64,000 bases of DNA, taken from NCBI GenBank assembly GCA_965235115.1, contig OZ249452.1, positions 12,710,001 through 12,774,000 of the forward strand. Reading direction: 5' to 3'. A program made the translations under genes and the position numbers. The notes under the pieces were generated by a model that saw only the letters and a program-made list of their open reading frames with translations, was not told the origin of the DNA and did no database searches. Shown in pieces: positions 24,501-39,500 of the stretch (the first letter of the stretch is position 1; every line of letters starts with the position of its first letter). Source of the stretch: Laetmonice hystrix (lineage: Eukaryota).

Positions 24501-27500
24501 ATTTTTTTCTTTTAAACAATTTTGGATAGACTTATTTAAGGAACCACCCCTCACCAGTGACGCTGAGTTTGGCCGTACAGCTGGCCTCGCCGGCCGCGTT
24601 CTTAGCGGTGACCTTGATCTCTCCCTCCTGTTCAGGGGTCACCTCGTCGATGAAGAGTGTGGCGTGATGCTCGCCGCGTGCCTGGCGGAAGTCCATCTCG
24701 ATCAGTTTGGTTGGCTCCAGCTTCGTGTCGCTCAGGTACCTGCCCCAGGCGAGGAGGGGGTAGACATGAGAATTGAGTATGCGATCATCGCCAAAAAGCA
24801 CTGCAACATGCCCCTTAATACAGGCCCGGTTTTTAGAAAAATGTTTTCGCCAACATTCGTCAGAAAAGTTGGCGAATCCAAAATCGCAACGTTCGTAAGC
24901 ATTCGCCGCTCAGTGAGATACTAGCTTTCGAATTGATTTTTGGGTGAGGAGGACAGCAACTTCCATCCCCCTCACAAAGTGAAAATCCGTAGTCCCACCC
25001 TTTCCTTACGGTTGACTTACCATGTTATTTCAGGGATGGGTTCTGCTTTCAGACTGCAGTCAAACCTTGCCCTCTGTCCCTCACGGAAGTCCTTGTCGTC
25101 GATAGTCCGAGTGAAGACTGGTTTCTCCAGTCGATCTGTGAGACCAAGTCATACACTGGAGGTTACACACGGCCTCTATACATTCAAGGTCCTATCTGAG
25201 CGGTTTCTATACATTGATCGTTTTAGTGTTGGTTTCTTGAGACAAAGACTAAAGGTTGGTGTCATTTAGTATTTCTAATCTATGTTTGTCACGATTTCAC
25301 TTAGCTTTAGTTTATTTACGTGCTAGATATATCGTCTACTCATAAATACTTTTTTGGTTGTCATGCACATAACAAATAACATTTGCTATTTTTTTCTTTG
25401 ATCTTCACTTAGTATCCTGGAATATTAGGTCAAGTTTTTCAATAGAAATGACTACAGAGAGTTTAGGATTGAAACGCGGCATAACGCAACGCCAAAACGC
25501 ATAACACGGATTGTGTGGGCATAGAGCTATAATTTTGTAATCCCAAGAACAAAAAGTTTTCATTAAAACATACTAGGGACATGGTGTGAGTGGAAAATAA
25601 ATTCATATTCGTAAACATGAAAAATGAAAATTGTAAAATAGTTATACCCACATTGGGTAACAAAAATGATAATCGTCGTAAAAATGTAAAAAATAAGGCC
25701 TAATATAGACGTACGAACCAAAGGGAAAACATGCCAATATGAACATGACTATCCTATTCAATATATCAAACCTATCTACTAAACAAAATTTCAAAAATAA
25801 AAAAGGTACTTTTTTATTTTGAACCAAAGAATCCTTGTCTAATGACTAAAGCATGCTGATATGATCGGTAAAAGGTAGAAGGTCGGCACATCCTTGTTTT
25901 ATTTTATATATACGTAGTTTACTTCGATCATAACACAAGACCATTAGATATACGACAGATCGGAATACAACATATCATCTTTTCTTCCCCTTCTGATTTA
26001 TTTTAATTAGGGGATGATTTCCTGAACTTTGTCACATTCTAAGTGTTTCTATTCAACTCCGTTTAACTGCACGTGAAGGAAGTGGGAATTTTAGTTGTCA
26101 AGGGTGAACTGTAAAATATGTACTGCAAATAAATAGGGACATGAGGCTAGCGATATCTGGTCTAATTGGTTTTATTCCAAGTAAATAAAGGCACTGAGTA
26201 AAAGGGGTTACTGAAAGCACCCTGTAATCCTTTACTCTGGATGGAACTTATTGTGATGAAGAAAAAAAACATTTAAAATTGCACAGAAACACAAATAAAA
26301 GACGAAAATGGAATTCAGCACAGGACAACTAAAGAGAAATCAAGCAAAGTTTGACCCTTCTTGTACTCCAGCGAGTCAAGTCTCAGCTTCTCAGTGCAAG
26401 AAGAGTCCAACTACAGAAACAGCACAAATGTACCCAGTGACACTAACGTACTCCATGACCCCTGGTCATGACCCACCTTTCTGTGGCTTGCCTTTCGGTT
26501 CCTCAGCTGGCTTGTCTGTGTTTGCAGGAGAGAGATTGACAATAAGCGGAGATCGGGAGACAGAGGAAAGGGCTGAGGTTATTCCATTGTGGTTCACGTG
26601 TTTTCATAACACAATTCTCGGGCAGAAACGAAATGAGGCACAGGCTTTAGAAAAGTCTATAAAAAATGACGTGTAAAGAGCTACAGTGTTATGGTCAAGA
26701 TTACTTCGTCTTCAAAACCTTATGATGCCAAAACGAGCAGTTTCATTTGAAAAACCACAAACCTTTTTGCAGCATAGACGAATATATTTTAATCTTTAGA
26801 AGGTAATGTTGTTATTGCAGCGGCCTGTATTATATTGGTCGGTGCTACAATATTACACCTGTGCACCATTATCGTTTCATACCCTTTACCACTATAAAGT
26901 AACCAGACCCCCAAGTAGGAATACTTCTGTAAGGATAGGCGTAAGAAGTGAGAAGGCGAGATAGATTGGAGGCTCATCTTCCAAGTCAGCCTCACAGCCG
27001 TTAAATTTCATCTTTAATACCAACAAGAAAAACAATCGGACCATATGAACAAGTAAAAGAGAATGATAACAATTATATTTGAAAAATATAATTACGAAAA
27101 ATTATGTAAAGAATTCAGCAGTTAATGTGGTCCTTGGCATGTGAGGCTGGCTTTACAATGTAAACATTTATGATACAAGACATTAAAGGCTATAAGCATA
27201 TAACCATTGATAAACTCCTATATAGTATGTCTATAGAGGGTTCATCAATATAGCACATCTATGTACATGATTAAACATTTGACTTAGAACTCGTAATATT
27301 AATCCTCTAGCATACAGCAAGCGTTTTTCTTTTCCAAAAGCATAAGCATCTCAAGCCCGCTTTGCCAATAAACCAAAGCCATCAGGTCAAAATTACCATG
27401 GCCAATAAGGATGATATTAAACTTTTAGAAGTACATGTCGCTTAAACCTGTACAGTATAGAGTAGGATATATATTTCACTAAAGATCATTAATGATTAAA

Positions 27501-30500
27501 AAGATATCTCTTGGTGCCGTGCCCCTTCCTTTGCTGCTTGTATCACATCTCGTAATAAACTTAACCCTGCAAGGAAGAAGGAAAGTCCAGATCATTTTTC
27601 CTGAAGTAGCACTGAAAAGATCACTTGACTTACCGGTAACGGTGATCGTTGCCTCGTGAACTGCCTCTCCAATGTTGTTCTTGGCGACGCACTTGTAAAC
27701 TCCGCCTTGTTTGGTGGTCACTTTGGGAATAGTCAAAGTGCTGACGTCACCCCTGGTAACGACCTTCAACTTCAGAGTCGGTGCCACTGCAGTGCCATCT
27801 CTGAAAAAAATGGCAATTTCATAATTAGGCATAGGTCATCAATTCTCAACTTTCTACTACTGTGCTTACAACAATCCTGATCGTGCTTATTTGATTTCAG
27901 CGTGATGAAACATGGAAGTCTACACTTACCTGTACCACGTGATCTGTGGGAGAGGTTTGCCCGTAAACTTGACCTTGAGCTGCAGCTGATCATTCTCCAC
28001 GAGAGTCTGGTGGGAAACCAACATCCGGTTACTTTCATATACAACCTCGGCTTGTCTAGCAGACATTGAGAATGTAGTCTCTTCACTGGGCCAAACACAA
28101 ACTTGTCTCTTTTCATCCTGAATTTATCAATGTACTACCTTACTAAGCTAAACATTTCAAAAATATCATTTAAGGCTGGAAATTTCACACTCACGTCCTC
28201 CTTGTAGACAGTGATGAATTCCGGATGTCCCTTCTTTTTGGGTTTCTCTGGGACTTTCTCTGGCGTCTCAGGGGACGGAGCCTTTGGTTTCTCCTCTGGT
28301 TTCCCCGCTTTGGGCTCTTCAACCTTCTGCGGGACCTCAGGTTCTGGTGCCTTTTCCGGTGTCTTTTCCTTTGGTTTACCTGGTTCTGGGGCAAGTTTGG
28401 TAAAAGAAGAATTAGTACATGAACTTGGATTCCCCTTTTGAAGTTGGGAAATTTATATTTAAATTGTTGCAAGGGATTCAAGTCGAATCCTGGCATTGAT
28501 CACATACCTTGAACAGTAACTCTAGCTTCATAGACGGCTTCTCCAACTTGGTTCTTAGCAACACATTTGTAGACGCCGCCTTGCTTCAAGGTAACCTTGG
28601 GGATGGTCAGCACACTGCTGTCCTGAGTTGTCACAATCTTGACCTTCAAACCTGGATGGACCTGGACCTCATCCCTGAGCCACTTGATCTGAGTCGGAGC
28701 TTTGCCGGTGAACTTGACCTTCAGCTCAAGTGGAGAATTCTCCAAGAGCTCCTAAAGAGGTTGTAAATTAATTATTTTAATTACTTTTTAAATTAAATTA
28801 TGAAAGATTACGAGAAAAGCTATGAGAAGAAACACGCTGAGTATGGTTCCTTTTATAAACACCACATCCTGCTAAAGATAGTACTGGTATCAATTTATAT
28901 GGATTAGTAATGAATCATGGCTGCAGAAAAAAATACACATACCACTTCTTCGTAAACCTCAGTAAATTCTGGGGTTCCTTTCTTCTTGGGCTTCTCCTCA
29001 GGTTTGGGCGCCTCAGGGGAAGGCTCTTTGAGCTTCTCTGGAGAAGGTTCCTTGGGCTTCTCCTCTGGTTTTCCAGGCTCTGGTTTAATTTCTTCTAGTG
29101 CCTTCTCTGGTGATTTCTCCTTTGGCTTCTCAGGTTCTGTGGAGTGGAAACATATTCACAAACGTTAATTAATCTTTCTGATACTGTGAGATTTAATGGT
29201 CAGTGTAATCTAATGCCTCCTCTGCCTTCAAAGGGTTTGAACTGTTGGCATTTTTGTCATTTGTCCAACTGCAATACTTGCAGATATATTTTTAAGACTC
29301 TTGAATGATTTTGTTTGCAAAGTATGATCATTCGCCACCCAGTTCTCCTTTTGACGTCACAATAGCATTTTTTGTGGCCTAGAATAAGAGTAGGCCTATA
29401 TCGAATTTACCTTTAACAATAACCAATGCTTCGTGTACAGCCTCTCCAACTTGGTTCTTGGCAACACATTTGTAGACGCCGCCTTGCTTCAAGGTAACCT
29501 TGGGGATGGTCAGTACACTGCTGTCCTGAGTTGTCACAATCTTGACCTTCAAACCTGGATGGACCTGGACCTCATCCCTGAGCCACTTGATCTGAGTCGG
29601 AGCTTTGCCGGTGAACTTGACCTTCAGCTCAAGTGGAGAATTCTCCAAGAGCTCCTAAAGAGGTTGTAAATTAATTATTTTAATTATTTGTCCAATTAAA
29701 TTACGGAAGAATACTAGAAACGCTACTAGAAGAAACACGCTGAGTATGATTACTTTTATAAACACCACATCCTGCTAAAGATAGTACTGGTATCAATTCA
29801 TATGGGTTAGTAATGAATCATGGCTGCAGGAGAAAATACACATACCACTTCTTCGTAAACCTCAGTAAATTCTGGGGTTCCCTTCTTCTTGGGCTTCTCC
29901 TCAGGTTTGGGTGCCTCAGGGGAAGGCTCTTTGAGCTTCTCTGGTGAAGGTTCCTTTGGCTTCTCCGGTGAAGGTTCCTTGGGCTTCTCTGCCGGTTCTT
30001 CAGGTACTGGTTTAACTTCCTCAGGTACTTTCTCTGGAGACTTTTCCTTTGGTTTCTCTGGTTCTGTGAGAAATGTGACACGTGCATATTTTAACTCTAA
30101 TTAATGTAATTCCTAAGTTGATTTGATATACTTTGTTTGACTTTTAAAATTGATTCACTACTGCAACTAATTTACTACCTCAACCATAACCGCCAAGGTA
30201 AATAAAGGTTTTCCTCAAACTTATTGTATTTATTCCTGGACATGATTACTCAAATTAAAGATGCCATAGCTTCATATCAGAAGAGAGCATTCAGAACATA
30301 CCTTGAACAGTAACCACTGCCTCATGTACAGCCTCTCCAACCTGGTTCTTGGCAACACATTTGTAGACGCCTCCTTGCTTCAAGGTAACCTTGGGGATAG
30401 TCAGCACACTGCTGTCCTGAGTTGTCACAATCTTTACCTTCAAACCTGGATGGACCTGGACCTCATCCCTGAGCCACTTGATCTGAGTTGGAGCCTTTCC

Positions 30501-33500
30501 AGTGAACTTAACTTTCAGTTCCAAACTTCTGTCAACTTGGAGATCCTGAAAAACAAAAATTCATTCGGTTTATTTTCTACTGCTCTATAATGAAATCCAT
30601 ATCAACATTTCTTGAGGGCTTCAAAATATAAACAAGGGTCTTCATTTACGTACTAAACATTTATACAAAACTTAAAAGAGAAGATTTAGATATAAATATT
30701 GAACATTAGATATTTACCACTTTCTCATAAACCTCCGTAAATTCTGGGGTTCCCTTTCTCTTGGGTTTCTCCTCAGGTTTGGGTGCCTCAGGGGAAGGCT
30801 CCTTGGGCTTTTCCGGTGAAGGTTCCTTGACAACTTCAGCTGGTTTCTCAGGTTCTACAATCTCCTGCACAGGTTCCTCAATGACAGGCTCTGGTACAGG
30901 CTCGGCTGGCTTCTCCTCAGGTTTAGGTTCCTCAGGTACAGGCTCTGCTGGTTGTTCAGGTTCAGGTTTCACCTCCTCAACCACAGGCTCTGGAACCTTT
31001 TCTGGTGATTTCTCCTTGGGTTTTTCAGGCTCTGTTAACAAAGTATTTCACCATGGAAAATTAAGTATCGAAATTAGATTCCTGGTAAGCTACTTTTATT
31101 GCTAACTTCGTTGTGTTTTTACCACTCTTTGTACTTCACATCTTACAAGAACTAAAACTTGAAAGGAAAACATACATACCTTGCACAATAACCTTGGACT
31201 CATAGACTGCTTCACCAATGTCATTCTTGGCAACACATTTGTACATGCCACCTTGCTTCAAGGTAACCTTGGGGATGGTCAACACACTGCTTTCCTGAGT
31301 TGTCACAATCTTGACCTTCAAACCCGGATGGACCGGAACCTCATCCCTGAACCACTTGATCTGAGTTGGAGCTTTTCCAGTGAACTTCACTGGAAGCTCC
31401 AGTTTCTCATCAACCATCATATCCTGTTTCAAAAATGTACCAGTGTTAGGACATAGGTAGTGCGAAATAGGACTTATATCTTAGTATGTATAATTGTGAC
31501 TAAATCAGTCCAAATATGCAATAGGCCTTGAGCAGTCCTAAAGTGCACTAAAAGTATATCTGCCTCCTTAAATGGAAAGCTACTTACCACTTCCTGGAAG
31601 ACTTCAGTAAACTCGGGAGTTCCCTTCTTCTTTGGCTTCTCCGGAATCTTCTCTGGAGATTTCTCTTTCGGTGCCTCCTCAGGTTTGGGTGCCTCAGGGG
31701 AAGGCTCCTTGGGCTTTTCCGGTGAAGGTTCCTTGACAACTTCAGCTGGTTTCTCAGGTTCTACAATCTCCTGCACAGGTTCTTCAACGACAGGCTCTGG
31801 TACAGGCTCGGCTCGCTTCTCCTCAGGTTTAGGTTCCTCAGGTACAGGCTCTGCTGGTTGTTCAGGTTCAGGTTTCACCTCCTCAACCACAGGCTCTGGA
31901 ACTTTCTCTGGTGATTTCTCTTTGGGCTTTTCAGGCTCTGTTAACAAAGTATTTTCCATCAAAAATTTAATACTGACTCAGATTTCTGAGTGGTTCTGGT
32001 AAGCTACTTCTGTTGTTAAAATCATTATTTTTCGCCCATGATTTCATTTAATATATTACAAGAAATAAGGTTGAACAGAAAACATACATACCTTGTACAA
32101 TAACCTTGGACTCATAGACTGCCTCACCAATGTCATTCTTGGCAACACATTTGTACATTCCACCTTGCTTCAAGGTAACCTTGGGGATGGTCAGCACACT
32201 GCTTTCCTGGGTTGTCACAATCTTGACCTTCAAACCCGGATGGACCGGAACCTCATCCCTGAACCACTTGATCTGAGTTGGAGCTTTTCCAGTGAACTTC
32301 ACCTGTAGCTCCAGTTTCTCATCAACCATCATATCCTGTTTCAAAAATGTGCCAGTGTTAGGACATGGGTAGTGCGAAAACGGACGTATATCTTAAATGT
32401 ATAACTGTGACTGAATCAGACCAAACATGCAATAGGCCTTGAACAGTCCTAAAGTGCACTAAAAATATATCTTCCTGCTTAAATAGAAAGCTACTTACCA
32501 CTTCCTGGAAGCCTTCAGTAAACTCGGGAGTTCCCTTCTTCTTTGGCTTCTCCGGAATCTTCTCTGGAGATTTCTCTTTCGGTGCCTCCTCAGGTTTGGG
32601 TGCCTCAGGGGAAGGCTCCTTGGGCTTTTCCGGTGAAGGTTCCTTGACAACTTCAGCTGGTTTCTCAGGTTCTACAATCTCCTGTACAGGTTCCTCAATG
32701 ACAGGCTCTGGTACAGGCTCAGCTGGCTTCTCCTCAGGTTTCGGTTCCTCAGGTACAGGCTCTGCTGGTTGTTCAGGTTCAGGTTTCACCTCCTCAACCA
32801 CAGGCTCTGGAACCTTCTCTGGTGATTTCTCTTTGGGCTTTTCAGGCTCTGTTAACAAAGTATTTTCCATGAAAAATTTAATATTGACTCAGATTTCTGA
32901 GTAGTTCCTGGTAAGCTACTTCTGTTGTTAAAATCATTATTTTTCGCCCATGATTTCATTTCATATATTACAAGAAATAAAGGTTGAACGGAAAACATAC
33001 ATACCTTGTACAATAACCTTGGACTCATAGACTGCCTCGCCAATGTCATTCTTGGCAACACATTTGTATATGCCACCTTGCTTTAAGGTAACCTTGGGGA
33101 TAGTCAGCACACTGCTTTCCTGAGTTGTCACAATCTTGACCTTCAAACCCGGATGGACCGGAACCTCATCCCTGAACCACTTGATCTGAGTTGGAGCTTT
33201 TCCAGTGAACTTCACTGGAAGCTCCAGTTTCTCATCAACCATCATATCCTGTTTCAAAAATGTGCCAGTGTTAGGACATGGGTAGTGCGAAATAGGACTT
33301 ATATCTTGGTATGTATAATTGTGACTGAATCAGTCCAAATCTGCAATAGGCCTTGAGCAGTCCTAAAGTGCACTAAAAATATACCTTCCTGCTTAAATGG
33401 AAAGCTACTTACCACTTCCTGGAAGACTTCAGTAAACTCGGGAGTTCCCTTCTTCTTTGGCTTCTCCGGAATCTTCTCTGGAGATTTCTCTTTCGGTGCC

Positions 33501-36500
33501 TCCTCAGGTTTGGGTGCCTCAGGGGAAGGCTCCTCTGGCTTTTCTGGTGAAGGTTCCTTGACAACTTCAGCTGGTTTCTCAGGTTCTACAATCTCCTGCA
33601 CAGGTTCTTCAATGACAGGCTCTGGTACAGGCTCGGCTGGCTTCTCCTCCGGTTTAGGTTCCTCAGGTACAGGCTCTGCTGGTTGTTCAGGTTCAGGTTT
33701 CACCTCCTCAACCACAGGCTCTGGAACCTTCTCTGGTGATTTCTCCTTGGGTTTTTCAGGCTCTGTTAACCAAGCATTTACCATGGAAAATTGAGTATCG
33801 AAATTAGATTTCTGGTAAGCTACTTTTATTGCTAACTTCTTTATGTTTTTACCACTCTCTGTACTTCACATCTTACAAGAGCTAAAACTTGAAAGGAAAA
33901 CACACATACCTTGCACAATAACCTTGGACTCATAGACTGCTTCACCAATGTCATTCTTGGCAACACATTTGTACATGCCACCTTGCTTCAAGGTAACCTT
34001 GGGGATAGTCAGCACACTGCTTTCCTGAGTTGTCACAATCTTGACCTTCAAGCCTGGATGGACCGGAACCTCATCCCTGAACCACTTGATCTGAGTTGGA
34101 GCTTTTCCAGTGAACTTCACTGGAAGCTCCAGTTTCTCATCAACCATCATATCCTGTTTCAAAAATGTGCCAGTGTTAGGACATGGGTAGTGCGAAAACG
34201 GACGTATATCTTAAATGTATAATTGTGACTGAATCAGACCAAACATGCAATAGGCCTTGAACAGTCCTAAAGTGCACTAAAATAAACCTTCCTGCTTAAA
34301 TGGAAAGCTACTTACCACTTCCTGGAAGACTTCAGTAAACTCGGGAGTTCCCTTCTTCTTTGGCTTCTCCGGAATCTTCTCTGGAGATTTCTCTTTCGGT
34401 GCCTCCTCAGGTTTGGGTGCCTCAGGGGAAGGCTCCTCTGGCTTTTCTGGTGAAGGTACCTTGACAACTTCAGCTGGTTTCTCAGGTTCTACAATCTCCT
34501 GCACAGGTTCTTCAAGGACAGGCTCTGGTACAGGCTCAGCTGGCTTCTCCTCAGGTTTAGGTTCCTCAGGTACAGGCTCTGCTGGTTGTTCAGGTTCAGG
34601 TTTCACCTCCTCAACCACAGGCTCTGGAACCTTCTCTGGTGATTTCTCTTTGGGCTTTTCAGGCTCTGTTAACAAAGTATTTTCCATGAAAATTTAATAT
34701 TGACTCAGATTTCTGAGTAGTTCCTGGTAAGCTACTTCTGTTGTTAAAATCATTATTTTTCGCCCATGATTTCATTTCATATATTACAAGAAATAAGGTT
34801 GAACAGAAAAGATACATACCTTGTACAATAACCTTGGACTCATAGACTGCCTCGCCAATGTCATTCTTGGCAACACATTTGTATATGCCACCTTGCTTCA
34901 AGGTAACCTTGAGGATAGTCAGCACACTGCTTTCCTGAGTTGTCACAATCTTGACCTTCAAACCCGGATGGACCGGAACCTCATCCCTGAACCACTTGAT
35001 CTGAGTTGGAGCTTTTCCAGTGAACTTCACTGGAAGCTCCAGTTTCTCATCAACCATCATATCCTGTTTCAAAAATGTGCCAGTGTTAGGACATGGGTAG
35101 TGCGAAATAGGACTTATATCTTAGTATGTATAATTGTGACTGAATCAGTCCAAATCTGCAATAGGCCTTGAGCAGTCCTAAAGTGCACTAAAAATATACC
35201 TTCCTGCTTAAATGGAAAGCTACTTACCACTTCCTGGAAGACTTCAGTAAACTCGGGAGTTCCCTTCTTCTTTGGCTTCTCCGGAATCTTCTCTGGAGAT
35301 TTCTCTTTCGGTGCCTCCTCAGGTTTGGGTGCCTCAGGGGAAGGCTCCTCTGGCTTTTCTGGTGAAGGTTCCTTGACAACTTCAGCTGGTTTCTCAGGTT
35401 CTACAATCTCCTGCACAGGTTCCTCAATGACAGTCTCTGGTACAGGCTCGGCTGGCTTCTCCTCAGGTTTAGGTTCCTCAGGTACAGGCTCTGCTGGTTG
35501 TTCAGGTTCAGGTTTCACCTCCTCAACCACAGGCTCTGGAACCTTCTCTGGTGATTTCTCCTTGGGTTTTTCAGGCTCTGCTAACAAAGCATTTACCATG
35601 GAAAATTGAGTATCGAAATTAGATTTCTGGTAAGCTACTTTTATTGCTAACTTCTTTATGTTTTTACCACTCTCTGTACTTCACATCTTACAAGAGCTAA
35701 AACTTGAAAGGAAAACACACATACCTTGCACAATAACCTTGGACTCATAGACTGCTTCTCCAATGTCATTCTTGGCAACACATTTGTACATGCCTCCTTG
35801 CTTCAAGGTAACCTTGGGGATAGTCAGCACACTGCTTTCCTGAGTTGTCACAATCTTGACCTTCAAGCCTGGATGGACCGGAACCTCATCCCTGAACCAC
35901 TTGATCTGAGTTGGAGCTTTTCCAGTGAACTTCACTGGAAGCTCCAGTTTCTCATCAACCATCATATCCTGTTTCAAAAATGTGCCAGTGTTAGGACATG
36001 GGTAGTGCGAAAACGGACGTATATCTAAAATGTATAATTGTGACTGAATCAGACCAAACATGCAATAGGCCTTGAACAGTCCTAAAGTGCACTAAAATAT
36101 ACCTTCCTGCTTAAATGGAAAGCTACTTACCACTTCCTGGAAGACTTCAGTAAACTCGGGAGTTCCCTTCTTCTTTGGCTTCTCCGGAATCTTCTCTGGA
36201 GATTTCTCTTTCGGTGCCTCCTCAGGTTTGGGTGCCTCAGGGGAAGGCTCCTCTGGCTTTTCTGGTGAAGGTTCCTTGACAACTTCAGCTGGTTTCTCAG
36301 GTTCTACAATCTCCTGCACAGGTTCTTCAATGACAGGCTCTGGTACAGGCTCAGCTGGCTTCTCCTCAGGTTTAGGTTCCTCAGGTACAGGCTCTGCTGG
36401 TTGTTCAGGTTCAGGTTTCACCTCCTCAACCACAGGCTCTGGACCCTTCTCTGGTGATTTCTCTTTGGGCTTTTCAGGCTCTGTTAACAAAGTATTTTCC

Positions 36501-39500
36501 ATGAAAAATTTATTATTGACTCAGATATCTGAGTAGTTCCTGGTAAGCTACTTCTGTTGTTAAAATCATTATTTTTCGCCCATGATTTCATTTCATATAT
36601 TACAAGAAATAAGGTTGAACAGAAAACATACATACCTTGTACAATAACCTTGGACTCATAGACTGCCTCGCCAATGTCATTCTTGGCAACACATTTGTAC
36701 AATCCACCTTGCTTCAAGGTAACCTTGGGGATAGTCAGCACACTGCTTTCCTGAGTTGTCACAATCTTGACCTTCAAACCCGGATGGACCGGAACCTCAT
36801 CCCTGAACCACTTGATCTGAGTTGGAGCTTTTCCAGTGAACTTCACTGAAAGCTCCAGTTTCTCATCAACCATCATATCCTGTTTCAAAAATGGACCAGT
36901 GTTAGGACATGTGTAGTGCGAAAACGGACGTATATCTTAAATGTATAATTGTGACTGAATCAGACCAAACATGCAATAGGCCTTGAACAGTCCTAAAGTG
37001 CACTAAAAATATACCTTCCTGCTTAAATAGAAAGCTACTTACCACTTCCTGGAAGACTTCAGTAAACTCGGGAGTTCCCTTCTTCTTTGGCTTCTCCGGA
37101 ATCTTCTCTGGAGATTTTTCTTTTGGTGCCTCCTCAGGTTTGGGTGCCTCAGGGGAAGGCTCCTTGGGCTTTTCCGGTGAAGGTTCCTTGACAACTTCAG
37201 CTGGTTTCTCAGGTTCTACAATCTCCTGCACAGGTTCCTCAATGACAGGCTCTGGTACAGGCTCAGCTGGCTTCTCCTCAGGTTTCGGTTCCTCAGGTAC
37301 AGGCTCTAGTAGTTGTTCAGGTTCAGGTTTCACCTCCTCAACCACAGGCTCTGGAACCTTCTCTGGTGATTTCTCTTTGGGCTTTTCAGGCTCTGTTAAC
37401 AAAATATTTAACATGGAAAATTTAATATTGACTCAGATTTATAAGTAGTTCCTGGTTAGCTACTTTTGTTGTTAAAATCATTATTTTTTTGCCAATGATT
37501 TTATTTCATATATTACAAGAAATAAGGTTGAACAGAAAACATACATACCTTGTACAATAACCTTGGACTCATAGACTGCCTCGCCAATGTCATTCTTAGC
37601 AACACATTTGTAAAGGCCTCCTTGCTTCGGCGAAACCTTGGGGATGGTCAGCACACTGCTGTCCTGAGTTGTCACAATCTTGACCTTCAAACCTGGATGG
37701 ACTGGAACCTCATCCCTGAACCACTTGATCTGAGTTGGAGCTTTTCCAGCGAACTTCACCTGTAGCTCCAGTTTCTCGTTGACAGTCATATCCTGTTTCA
37801 ACAATGTATCAATGTTAGCAAATTGGCAGTGCAAAATAGAATATATGTTAATGTGAATTATTGTAACTGAACCAGCCCAAATATGTCATGACCTTTAAAC
37901 AGTCCTAATGGTCACTAAAAATACAGGACAGCTTAATTGTTAAATAGCTTACCACTTCCTGGAAGACTTCAGTAAACTCGGGAGTTCCCTTTCTCTTTGG
38001 CTTCTCCGGAATCTTCTCTGGAGATTTAGATTTCTCTTTCGGTGCCTCCTCAGCTTCTGGTGCCTCAGGGGATGGCTCCTCGGGCTTCTCTGGTGAAGGT
38101 TCTTTTGGCTTCTCTGGTGAAGGTTCCTTGGGCTTCTCTGGTGAAGGTTCCTTGGGCTTCTCTGGTGAAGGTTCCTTGACCACCTCCTCTGGTTTCTGAG
38201 GTTCTACAATCTCCTGCACAGGTTCCTCAATGACAGGCTCTGGTACAGGCTCCGCTGGCTTCTCCTCAGGTTTCGGTTCCTCAGGTAGAGGCTCTGCTGG
38301 TTGTTCAGGTTCAGGTTCAGGTTGCACCTCCTCAACCACAGGCTCTGGAACCTTCTCTGGTGATTTCTCCTTGGGCTTTTCAGGCTCTGTTAACAAAGCA
38401 TTTACCAAGGAAACTTAATTATCAGGTCACATGCTTTGACAGGCCGAAATGTACTTCTTTTTCTTAAAATTGTTACTTTTTTTATTACCGTTATAGAAAT
38501 GAAGGCTGAAAGGAAAACATACATACCTTGCACAATAACCTTGGACTCATAGACTGCTTCACCAATGTCGTTCTTGGCAACACATTTGTATACACCACCT
38601 TGCTTCAAGGTAACCTTGGGGATGGTCAGCACACTGCTTTCCTGAGTTGTCACAATCTTGACCTTCAAACCTGGATGGACTGGAACCTCATCCCTGAACC
38701 ACTTGATCTGAGTTGGAGCTTTTCCAGCGAACTTCACCTGTAGCTCCAGTTTCTCATCAACAGTCATATCCTGTTTCAACAATGTATCAGTGTTAGGAAA
38801 TTGGCAGTGCAATATAGAATATATGTCAATGTGAATCACTGTAACTGAATCGTTCCAAATGTGTAATGGCTCTTAAACAGTCCTACTGGTCACTAAAAAT
38901 ATGCGACAGCTTAATATGGAATGTAACTTACCACTTCCTGGAAGACTTCAGTAAACTCGGGAGTTCCCTTCCTCTTTGGCTTCTCCGGAATCTTTTCAGG
39001 AGATTTAGATTTCTCTTTCGGTGCCTCCTCAGCTTCTGGTGCCTCAGGGGATGGCTCCTCCGGCTTCTCTGGTGAAGGTTCCTTGGGTTTCTCTGGAGAA
39101 GGTTCCTTGGGCTTCTCTGGAGAAGGTTCTTTCGGCTTCTCTGGAGAAGGTTCCTTGACCACCTCCTCTGGTTTCTCAGGTTCTACAATCTCCTGCACAG
39201 GTTCCTCAATGACAGGCTCTGGTACAGGCTCGGCTGGCTTCTCTTCAGGTTTCGGTTCCTCAGGTAGAGGTTCTGCTGGTTGTTCAGGTTCAGGTTTCAC
39301 CTCCTCAACCACAGGCTCTGGAACTTTCTCTGGTGATTTCTCCTTGGGCTTGCCAGGCTCTGTTAATAAAGCATTTACCATGGACACTTAAATATCAGGT
39401 CACATGCTTTAAAAGGCCTAAAATGACTTCTTTTTCTTAAAATTGTTACTTTTTTTTATTACCGTTATAGAAATGAAGGCTGAAAGGAAAACATACATAC

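Noticed and set aside
22911-25135. Dscam-like mutually exclusive Ig half-exons (one N-half, two C-halves in the ORF track)
   Set aside because: A second N-half exon (24161-24275) was found by hand, giving two ordinary split Ig domains.
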